Shown: positions 45,077 through 55,772 of the stretch, one piece after another
Layout: every line of letters begins with the position of its first letter
How positions within the stretch are numbered: the stretch's first letter is position 1
Assembly: GCA_000320545.1 (NCBI GenBank)
Contig: ADNK01000425.1
Location: 1-64,000 of the forward strand
DNA from: Bigelowiella natans CCMP2755
Taxonomy: Eukaryota; Protista; Cercozoa
Reading direction: 5' to 3'
Length of the DNA stretch: 64,000 nucleotides
Program-made: the position numbers and the translations under genes
The notes under the pieces: model-generated
What the model was told of the DNA's origin: nothing
Databases searched by the model: none
Seen by the model: only the letters and a program-made list of their open reading frames with translations

Positions 45077-46321
45077 CTAATCATCGTTAATGGAATTATC
45101 TTCGTCATTCTTCGCCTGGCACCATTCTTCGAACATGGTCTTGAAAATCGAACCCATTCCAAAGGAATGTACTGCCCCAGATAAAACGTATTGAATGTCG
45201 CATAATGCATCTGCAACTTCCACTAGATCATCTTCAGCAATTGCCTGTTCCAATTCTCTTGTTTCTTCATCTATGAGCGCGATTCTTAGCTCACAAATTC
45301 TCTTTGACGGAATTTTGGGACTGTCAAGAATTTGGCATTGATACAATCGGTGAAACTCGGCTGTCTGATTTCCGCAATCTAGTGTAGGATATTGACCAAG
45401 AACTATAGGGTTCCTCGTCACATGACTCAATACCCCTTTTATGTCCGCTGCTGAGTAATATATTGATTTAAGAGTTTTGAGGTCGCCTTTTCGTAGGACC
45501 AAATACTTATTCGAATGCACAAGTTTGTAAAATGATTCTGTACCCCGATTCTTTTTGTAATGAACAACTGTTTCTTGAGCATGACCTTCGTTATCACAAA
45601 GCTTGCTTAAATTAGATCGATGAACTTCATCAAATAATTTCTTGAAGCTCATTCCCATTCCACAATCAAGAACAACATGTGAGAGAGAAAATTGGAGGCA
45701 GCACAAAGCCTTCGAAATGGCATCAATAGATTTTTCCTTGATACTTTGTTCCAAATTTCCAAGCCCAATTCGCAGCATCTTGAGATGCGAAACACACAGT
45801 TCTTTTTTTGGAATTGCAATCGAGACTGGGAATGAAAGACCATTCTTCCCAAAAAAATTAGCCAGGAGGTTTAGAGTGTCGGGAAATTCATAGGACGGTT
45901 GTATTTCTTTGCCATTTTCTTTGAAATCAAGTTTGCGTGCAGTTTCATTCGTCTGTTGCTTCGACCAGTCTTCGCTTACCTTAGCACGTAAGGTCTTCAA
46001 GGTAGACGGAGGGGAGACTTTTAAATCACTGACAGGAGTTAAGGGTGAAGTGCTGGAATCAACTATCGTAGATCTTCGCGAGGGACTTGAATAATTTGTA
46101 GGCTTCCGCGAGCATTCCGTGTTTTTCTCAAGAGGCTTGGTAGAACTCATCGTCGTCCTTACGGTGGTGGGTTGATTTATGAAGTTCTTCCAGAGGGAAA
46201 CATACTGCTTCCCGCCAATAAATATTATTCTAGGACATGTACCCCAATACCAACCAACCAATCTCCGGAGAGTCTCTGGATGATACATGTCTGCAGCTTG
46301 GAGCTCTAACCATTTCTCCAT
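45077..46321 (-). CDS. MazG-like all-alpha NTP pyrophosphatase (DR2231-like), 1.5 tandem domains, intronless
   Basis: AEFHRLYQCQILDSPKIPS...LIDEETRELEQAIAEDDLVEVADALCDIQYVLSG (intact acidic motif) and LFDEVHRSNLSK...KTLKSIYYS in the first copy. The true start may be Met58 (46150). Confidence 0.85.
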   Translation of the reverse strand: MEKWLELQAADMYHPETLRRLVGWYWGTCPRIIFIGGKQYVSLWKNFINQPTTVRTTMSSTKPLEKNTECSRKPTNYSSPSRRSTIVDSSTSPLTPVSDLKVSPPSTLKTLRAKVSEDWSKQQTNETARKLDFKENGKEIQPSYEFPDTLNLLANFFGKNGLSFPVSIAIPKKELCVSHLKMLRIGLGNLEQSIKEKSIDAISKALCCLQFSLSHVVLDCGMGMSFKKLFDEVHRSNLSKLCDNEGHAQETVVHYKKNRGTESFYKLVHSNKYLVLRKGDLKTLKSIYYSAADIKGVLSHVTRNPIVLGQYPTLDCGNQTAEFHRLYQCQILDSPKIPSKRICELRIALIDEETRELEQAIAEDDLVEVADALCDIQYVLSGAVHSFGMGSIFKTMFEEWCQAKNDEDNSINDD

Positions 46322-46443
46322 CTTTTTTTCGACTGTGGGTACCCCAGGGCCCCAGGGGAGATGTTATTTCTCTCTTGCGACTTAACTAAATCATGGTCTC
46401 TCACATGTAATGGCTTCCATCACAGCCCAATCCAGGCAATCTC

Positions 46444-47789
46444 GTGTTGGAAGAAAAAAGTGACATTCGAAGGTCGACCTACCCTAACCCAAGCACCTCC
46501 TCTAGAACTTCACATAGATTCATGAGCGGGAAATCCTGGATTCTTGTTAGGGCAGAATCCAATGAATTGTGTTCTGGAGTGGAGATCAGGATTGCGCAGG
46601 TAAGTTCCTCACATCAGAGTGGGAGAGGGAAAAGAGAGAATGAAGCCAGGAACATAACATTGCAACAACTCAGGTCGAAAATCCAGATTATACCCATTGG
46701 ATGGTTAGAAATTCAGGCATGGGAATTACACACAGCGGTGTACTCATTGAGACACGAATTGATCATCAGCACGATGGAATTCGTCAAGCTATCGTCGATC
46801 TTATTGTAGTCGAAAATGTGCCATACATTGCAATAAGGTGATGACGGAATCTTCCCAATTATTTATCTCGATCGTAATTTAGTCATGTTTTCTTCATGTT
46901 TACGATGTTTTTGTATAGATACTATGGGACATCTCGTAGACGGTGGACACTTGACAAGGAGAAAAAGTTGATAAGATACTACAGGAAACATACTTTTGAC
47001 GCTGGGGGAAAGCCTTGGAAGTATACTAGAGATAACATTAAAAACCTCCCAATGATACATGTCATTGACTCTGGAAAATGGGGAGAAATTGAGACGGATC
47101 GAAGACACCATCAATGGGTAGACGAAATTGCGGAGAACATGCGACTGCGGGTGAAAGAAGGTTTTCACATACTCCGGAGAAATTGCCAGCATGTCGCTGC
47201 ATGGACAATAAACAAAGTACAAATGGACTCAATTGGACAAAGTAAATTGCCCTTTCTTGCAGCCCCCCCAAATACCATTTTTAGACTGTTCTCAAAAGAT
47301 TGGCTTCCAGATAACATTAAACACGAGAATCAACCATCCAAAAGGCCAACTCCAGACCATGAAGGCAGCACAATTGATGATACCTCAAAAAATGGAGAAT
47401 GTTGCGCTGATGTAGAGGAAACAGTATCGCAGATTGAAACAATGAACGACCTCAAAGAAGGAATACTCCAGATTGAGGAAAATGAAAAGGACCCCTCTCC
47501 AAATAAGAAAATGGCAAGTTCAGGTATTGATCAAATCGACAAGTTCAAGAAGATCTTCAGAAACCTCTCAAAAGAAAGCTTCTCAGTAAAAAGTTTGGAT
47601 CCTGTCGTTGAAAGTTCTCGTCAAAAATTGTCACCAACAGAAGATAGCAAGAGAATCATCAGCAGTGATGTAGATGACAAAATTATTTTGATCATGGAAG
47701 AAAACGAATGGACAATTCTTTCAAGAAACGTAAAATACCAACATGATGGGGAAGGTTTCACCCCACTATCAAACAATATAAATCTTTGA
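46444..47789 (+). CDS. PPPDE/DeSI-like permuted papain-fold peptidase, about 3 exons
   Basis: Exon 2 reads MGITHSGVLI (putative catalytic His); exon 3 reads FHILRRNCQHVAAW (putative catalytic Cys, NCxH); disordered acidic tail. Start uncertain. Confidence 0.6.
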
Positions 47790-47849
47790 GAACACGAGAT
47801 GTAGGACCACATGTGAAATTTTAATTTGCAAAAAACAGTGCCACTGCTA

Positions 47850-48510
47850 GCACTGGCCTTCACATCAGCGTACACTAGTGCATGTAGTACGCAAAGCTCG
47901 CTGAGAAACATGATGTTCGTGTTAGACACACGATGTCTATGTGTGTGCCAGTGTCTAGGTGTGCAACAATGTCATGTCCATTGCGCACCACATCTAAAGT
48001 CTGAAGACATGTTGCAGGAACTCACTTGTGGTTCACAAATCGTCGATGAATTCATGCAAGCGCATTCTCGCTAGTGTTGCGCAACAAGCACTAGAGCAAC
48101 AAGCTCTAGAGCTAGCTACAGAGCTGTGAACTGATGGAATCAAGTCCACATCTAGTCATCTGCTAGTCGTGAACACAGGCGCTGTGACCTCACACCAGCA
48201 CACCTGCGCTCTGGCTTGGCGGTGCGTGACTGCGCTAGTGCGCATGAAATGTGCACTGTGTGCGCTCGCAGAATCTTGATTCATTTCGTTGGTTGCTTGC
48301 ACAATCCAGTGAATGATTGTGAACGCGCATTTGGCCAGACGGCTCGAGCGACGCAAGACGCGAACAGTCACAGCGTGGCGTTGAAGCAGTGCAAGCAGGG
48401 TCAAACAATGAGAGCCTCTGAGGAAGGTGATGGCACTTGCATGTGTCTCATTCATCATCACACCTGAATTGGGAAGGGAAACAACAGCTGCGCAATCTCT
48501 GCTTTGGGAC
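47850..48510. other. Palindrome-rich intergenic block 8
   Basis: CTAG/AGCT/TGCGCA/CATG-rich stretch immediately after the PPPDE-like 3' end (tandem gene context). Confidence 0.6.
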
Positions 48511-48835
48511 AAGTCTCAAGTTTTTCTCCTTTCGAAGTCACATGCGCCTTGTGAGCGTCATGAGATTCACTCTCAGATTCTGTTTGAGTTACGTGTGAAG
48601 ATCTTCACGGAGACTCTATGGCGAGAGCATTGTTGCCCGTTAGTGTCCGTCAGTGTCCGAAGAGGGGCCATTTAGTGTGTGCGTCAATAGAAATGCGAAA
48701 ACATTTCCTACATTTTGTTGTATTAATATTTGTGCATTGACTGACTAACCAGCCAAGAAAAAAACGATGCTCTTTTTAGTAGTTACATGTAGTCATTCTA
48801 TTCGCATCTTTGTGCGTTGTTGTTGTTCTTGTTCT

Positions 48836-49115
48836 TGTTCGATGTTCTTTGTTAATAAATAGTTTTGAGTTACATGTAGATCTAGTTACAACCTGTAGAT
48901 CTAATTCTATTCGCATCCTTGATTTTGTCAGTGTTGTTCGATGTTCTTTGTTAGTTGCTCGATGTTCTTTGTTAGTTGTTCGATGTTCTTTGTTAGTGTT
49001 GTTCGATGTTCTTTGTTAGTGTTGTTCGATGTTCTTTGTTAGTGTTGTTCGATGTTCTATAATAGTTGTTCGATGTTCTTTAATAGCTGTTCGATGTTCG
49101 ATGTTCTTTGTTAGT
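48836..49115. repeat. Minisatellite with 21/23-bp unit GTGTTGTTCGATGTTCTTTGTTA
   Basis: About 8 units from 48931 to 49115 plus an outlier copy at 48836. Confidence 0.9.
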
Positions 49116-49360
49116 GTCGTAGATCTGGAAGATCATCATCATCATCATCATCATCATCATACTCCCCACACCACATCATGTCACTGCTTACGGGAATAAT
49201 CAGAATAGTGAAGAGTGTAGACACATTTAATCACCTTAGAACGGCCTCAGACTGAACCTCAGATGAACGGACGAATTATCCCTGATATTATTTCCGAAAA
49301 TATATTAAGACAATAGGGAGGAGACAGTAGTGGACTATTTTATCTAATCTCAATTAACGA

Positions 49361-52300
49361 ATGATTACTGACCAATTTGGCCAACGGGAAAGGGGGGCTC
49401 CTCAAGATTACTACTACGATAATGGCGGTGGCGACTACACCAACGAGGATCAACAAATCCTCAGTTCCCGTCATCATCATCCTTTCGCTGTCAACGAGCA
49501 GCCCCCCCCCACTAGTCGACAAAATTTGATGATATCTCGTGGTATATGAAGATACAGTGTAAAAATAACACAACAACTCTCTTCTTACATTACGTAATAT
49601 TAGGTGTTCCTAGCCGTTCCCCCAGCCAACCTCTTAAAATTCCCAGAAGTAGCAATGTTTCGGTAGAATAAAGGCGATAACTAATTAAATGATGACTCTT
49701 CATAATAGTTATGTTTCAGGTCAAACGTCGCCCCCAACAGATTCCCAAGCATGCTATTCCCAGCACGAGCAATCCATTCAATGCATCGTCGTCCTATGGG
49801 CATTATACATCTGATGATGCCTTAGGAGAGACACAGACAGCTTTAGCTGAGCGATTACAACGGATCCACATGCACGGAGAGGGATTTGAAAAAGAAGATG
49901 AGTATCACACTGCTATCGAGCAACTGGTATTGTTGTTATTATTAACATATTATATTATTATTTATTCCCTTATTTTGGGTTGATCCTTCCGTTAAATTCT
50001 GCCGGTTAATCTACAGGGTGTATTTAACTTTGAGGCAAAGGATAAATTGCTCAAGTTGCAACGGAATCGTCCTACTACCAGTACTAATTCACAGAAGAAG
50101 GAGAAGGAGGAGGATACCACTGATTATTACAATAACCCAGACAGTAATAACAATACTAATAGTAGTTATGTGAATTTTCAATGCACTACTTCCAAGAGAG
50201 AGGGCAAATTCCACAGTGGAGACGAAGGAGAAGAAGATACGTACTATGGCCAACAAACTCCAAATTATAATGGCGGGAGCAGGAAAACTCAAAATACTTC
50301 TTCATTGTTGAAGCATTTGGACAACTCGACGTTTATACAACATGATTGTGATGATTATGATAAGAGAAAAGGTAAAATAAATATTTCTGCAAGTGCAAAG
50401 AGGAATTATAATGGCTCTTCTTCTTCTCCTTCCTCTCGTGTGACTCCTGATGGATACAAACATGACGATCACTTTCCTCCAAAAAGTCCCATTAAAGATG
50501 ACGACAAGGAAATGCACGAATATCAACGCAATTACATATTCTCGAAGACTACAGAGAGGCACAATACTGTGACGTATCCTCCTGCTGCAGATGACTCATC
50601 ATCACCATCATCATCATCATCATCATTATCCCCCTGCATAGAAACAGCAGCAGCAGCAGTAGTAGGGCCTGCTCCTCAAATTTTCCCATCATCAGTAAAA
50701 TCTCCTTCTCCCCATCATCCTCTTGCTCCTGTGGAACAGCAACAAAACTTATTAGGTATGAGAATGAGCAGAGGGTTCGGTCTTCCGAGCTCAAGTGCAG
50801 AAGTAGATCCTCCTCCACCACCATTAGAAGGAGGTGCTCTACTCGATCACCACCAAACTGGTCGTAGCAGAAAGTCGCAGAAGAAGAACAAAAATGTTTA
50901 TGACAATGCCAAAGATGTTGCTGCTTCTAATTATGATGATGATGATGACGACGATGATGGTGTCCAAAAGAACTATTCCTTGAAAAGGGGGGATTTAGGT
51001 CAGGACGACTCTATTTCTGCACAACGGTTGTTGCCTTCTCCATCTGTGTTGTTGACTCCTAAATCATCATCATCATCATCATCAAGAAGAAGAAGAAGAA
51101 GAAGAGACATAATTGGAAAATATGAGGGAGGCAGTAGTTGTAGTAGAGATCCTCCTCCCTACGATGGAGGAGGAGGAAAAGATCTTGGTATTATTCATTC
51201 TGCTCAGCAGACAGAGGGGTTAGCGAGGAGGAGGAGGAGGGAAAAGCTGCTTGTTAATGGGGATTATCAGTTAGAAAGAGCAACACTTATAAGAAGAAGA
51301 AGAAACAATCTTGTTGCAGCAGCTTCTTCTCCCAAAGAAGGAGGAGGAGGAGGAGGAGGTGGTGGTTTAGAAAACCAGTACTATCCCAAGACCCTTTCTA
51401 CTAATGATTTCAAAGTTGAAAAAAATAGTAGTAGTACCAATCATGTCATTCAAAATTCTCAACGGTTTGGAAGTTTAAAGGAGCTCAGAAATGGCTGCAT
51501 GCTAACGCCTTCAAAAAGAAACAAGATTAAAATTGGAACAACGGCTGTCCAAAAGAGTCAAGAAGAAGATCAGCTTGTAAGCGATGATGATGATGATCGC
51601 ATCTTGATAAGAAGAAGCAGCAATGCAGTACAAGAAGGAATCCCACCTTATGCGGCACCAAGTGGCAGGAGGACACCATTGCTCGGAACACGACCTGATC
51701 AACTATCAACTAACGATTTCTCGCTTACAGCAACGAACAACTTTTCTCATACAAATAATCTTTATGCTGATGCCCTCGAAGGCAATCATAACAACAAGCA
51801 CTCAATTGGAAGAAGCAGCAGTACAATTCATCCAAATGGTAGGGGTAAGAAGAGCCAGAATAAAGGAAATCATGATGAGGAGTGTGATACTAACATTAGG
51901 GTATTCCCAACACCGGTCTATGACGACATGACAACACAAGAATCCCTTGTAATATCTCAGAGTATTCTTCAGGCGAATAAACAACAATTTGATGATAATA
52001 ATAATAATAATAATGATGATGATGATGATCAACAACGTAGAAGAACTTTCCTGTCCTTGAGGGAGGAAGAGGGTGGTGATGGTAGTGGTGGTGGTGGCTT
52101 TAACTTTAATGATAATACTGGAACATACACGGATCCATTCTCAACAACCGGTGCTACTACTACTACTGATATTGAGGATAGTTATGATAATCATCTCCTT
52201 GGGAAACAAAGTAGCGGAGGAGCCGCCCGGTGTAATTACAATAATTATAATAATGAGAGGACAAACAGTCACAAAGAAGCATCCACTACGTCAAGAAGAC

Positions 52301-53782
52301 CCAGATCTAATAGGAGCGGCACCCATTTGGAGAACAAGGAACAGCAGGAGCAGCAAAGTTTGGGTACTATTCCATCATCTTTTCTTTGCTTCCAAGAGGG
52401 GAAGAATTACCTGGAACAACATCCAGAGGGCTACTTACCAAAAGCAATGGATGATGATGATGATGATGATGATGATACTAGCACGCATAGAAAGCAGCAG
52501 CAGCAGCAGCAGCAGCAGTATATTCGGCCAGGGTCAGCATCCAGAAGGGAGAAAAGAAAGGGAGCAGGAAGAAGAGCAAAGAGGGTCATCAATCGAGGGG
52601 GGGGAAGGGGGGGAGAGAAGAGGGAAATAGGGCGCAAATTGAAGAATAATATAGCACCGATGAGCTTTAAAACGACAGGTCTACAACACAACTCACCGGA
52701 ATCTTCGCAAACATTTCGAGAATATCGTGGGCATCATGATCATGATCATGATGCCCACATCATTTGTGGTGATACTACTACTACTACTACTACTACTTCA
52801 ACCGGAGCAGAAATCTCTTTTGATCACCTCTCTAGCCATAACATCCATGACAGTGGTAGTAGCCATGAATTTTTGAACACCCACGATTTTGAGGACTACA
52901 ATCCTGAAGAAGAAGAAGTGCTAGCAGAGCAACTGAGAAGTAGTAGTAATCGCAGCGGCAGTTTACTAATTAGTGAGCAGCTTGAAGAAGAAGAAGGAGG
53001 AGCTCTAAATAATGGGCGATTAAGTTCAAATATGAACAGCATTGCAATGAATGTACACACACGAACGAATAACATACTATCTCCAGCTTCACGAGGAGTG
53101 TGCGAACAAAGAGTACTGCCAAAGGACACACCACCACCACCACCACCTCTCAGTAGGGATAGGGAGAAGCAGCACCTTCATCATCATCATCAGCAGCAGC
53201 AGCAGCAGGAACATCGTCATCATCATCATCGTCATCATCATCATCATCATCATCATCATCAGGGATTGGATGTATCGTCTCAACCTATAATGACGGCAGA
53301 CACACAAAAGAATTACCACCACCACCACCCACTTATCACCACCACCATTGACGACACTGCTGCTGCTGCTACTACTACTACTACTACAACTTCTTCTTCG
53401 CTCTGGGATGCGAGAAGCATGAGAGAATCTTCAGTAGCTGAGGAACAACTTAAAAATAATACTCCGCTTGATGCTGCTTTATCGAAAGAAGGAGGAGGAT
53501 ATCTAGGGGCATGCAGGCACTGTCAACGAAAATTTAACCTTCGATCTTTGCAGAAACACGAACGTGTCTGTCAAAAGGTAGTGTGATGTAATGCAATACA
53601 AGCTTTTCTTTTAAAACAATTATAACTCGATTCATTTGTTACATACAGGTATTTTCTTCAATAAAACGTAATCAAAGAAATCTCTCATCATTGCAGCAGA
53701 AAAGTATAGTAAAGTCTAACAAAGGATGCCGCCATCCATCAATACAAGGCCTTGCAAACTCAGTAGTTAGTGCTCAATGTGA

Positions 53783-53815
<33 letters not shown>

Positions 53816-54500
53816 AATCGCTAGCCGTCGTTGTAGTTCAAGAAGTCCAACTTGTTTGAAACAGAAAAGACAGAATAAAAGTTCTGGTCTGAATTCAGGA
53901 AGGTCAGCAGGAACCAAGGATTCTTCCAAACAAACACAGCAGCTCCACGCTAAGGCGCTACCAATCCGCACAGCAGCAGCCATGAAGCTGCACCCTTCCA
54001 AAAGTTCCCAGGAGAAAGAATCCCTTCTGGATAAGAAGAGGGAAATTTATAAGCCTAAAAGGTGTAGTAGTCGTAGTAGCAGCAGCAACAGCAGCAGCAG
54101 CAGAGATCACTTGTTGAAAAGAAGGCCACCAAGCGTCAATCGACGATCAAGGTCACGGACAGAACAGCGAGCAGTTCCTTTTGATGGAGGTGTATGTAGC
54201 ATGTGTAATGCTCCGATACGTAGTAGTAGTGGTAGTAGTACTACTACTACTAAAGATAGGTGCCGTCAGTGTGGTAGCAGTTTCACACTTTGTCCACCAA
54301 AATTTCCCCGCCACCGTGTTCGTGGAACCAGTGCAAGCACTGCCTTTGTGAATAAGCAAACCAACGATTCTGCACGTAACACGACATCTTCTTGGTCAAG
54401 AAGACGTAAAAATTTGGGTAAAGCTGTCTCCAAAAAATCTGAAATTTCTCCTCGAGGAAATGAGACCAAGTCGAATTCGCGTTCAAATCGACGGGCATGA
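49361..54500 (+). CDS. Very long low-complexity protein with ZC2HC1-type C2HC zinc finger and a C-terminal zinc ribbon
   Basis: Exon of about 3.5 kb (ORF 50047-53586) rich in poly-D/Q/H/T/S/G, ending CRHCQRKFNLRSLQKHERVCQK/VFSSIKR; later CSMC...CRQC; small upstream exons. Start approximate. Confidence 0.7.
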
Positions 54501-54599
54501 ATTCATTGAAAAAAACGATGTATTGTTTCATTGCAAGTTTGTGTAAAGAATGCAATCATGTTTTGATCAATTCTGCTGCCATATTTCTTTCAAGATGTT

Positions 54600-55620
54600 T
54601 AAGGTGTTTGCCTGTCTAGCTGTCTAGCTAGCGCTGTTGATAGTATCTAGCGACACATGGAGCTTGCATGCCATGAACTAGTGAACAGCGTGTGAGCATT
54701 TGTGAAGCTCCTACCACATCTCTAGATCTAGATTTGATCGAGCAGACATCGATAACCTATGCTAGCTATCTACGTGTAGCCGCTGCATGTGCTAGTCTAG
54801 TAGTGTGTTGTAGATGTGCACAGGATGCACTTTAACATACATCTGACGGTTCGAATCAGCGCCGTTACGTATAGATATGTGGCTAGTGTGGCACTTGCAA
54901 GCTAGAAAGCACTTCTAGACTTACGCCGGGCTACATGAAAGGCATTGAATATGGTCATGCGCTGGCGTCAGCTTTCATCAGTCCTTCTCAAATTCTCATA
55001 CACGCTTATAGCTAGATAGCCTTTATCATAACACTCTAAGAATTGTTGTGCGTTGCTGTGCTCTGCGCTCTGTGCTCTGTGCTCTATCTATCTAGCTAGC
55101 GAGATCACTAGCTAGGCTTCGCTTTGCTTCATGACAATTTTAAGCACGTAGTGAACAATGGACACCAACACGGCTAGACGGCTAGACGGACACGCGACAA
55201 CTAGACAATGAGATGCTGCACTAGTGCACAGATGCAACAGCTGGTGAAATCATTGAAATAATAATAATACAGCATGCATTTCAATGAATGTAACACATAT
55301 TTCCTACGCCTAGTAGCTAGCCAGCTAGACATGCTGCGAGAAAGTCAAAATAGCACATTGTTTCGCGTTGTTGTCCAAAACGTTGTATCCATTGTGTCGC
55401 CATGCGCTTGACAACGTCTTGAAACATATCTGGAAATTGATCGATCTTTAATGCATTGCTCGATCGTCGCGTGAGAACAATGGTAGCTGTACTAGTCTAG
55501 TAGTGTAGCACAAGTTGTTATAATTAGATGAGTGTCAACTGAGCTCTGCAGATGCCTGCTAGATGTCTAGGTGTGCTAACAAAGCGCAAGCTACGGATGG
55601 ATGCCGCAGCAGGAATGCTG
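54600..55620. other. Palindrome-rich intergenic block 9
   Basis: Very dense CTAG/TAGCTA/GCATGC/TGCA between the convergent ZC2HC1-like and ZRANB3-like 3' ends. Confidence 0.7.
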
Positions 55621-55772
55621 TTAAACTCTCGATTTATTGATATCCTTCCATGAATTAATCATGTGGCACTGACGTGTCTATGGGTGTAAAGGAAGAAGTT
55701 CTCAGGAAAATTAGACACAAATAATTTCCAGAGGATCGAATGTCGGCACCAGCGTAGAATTGCAACACCTTC

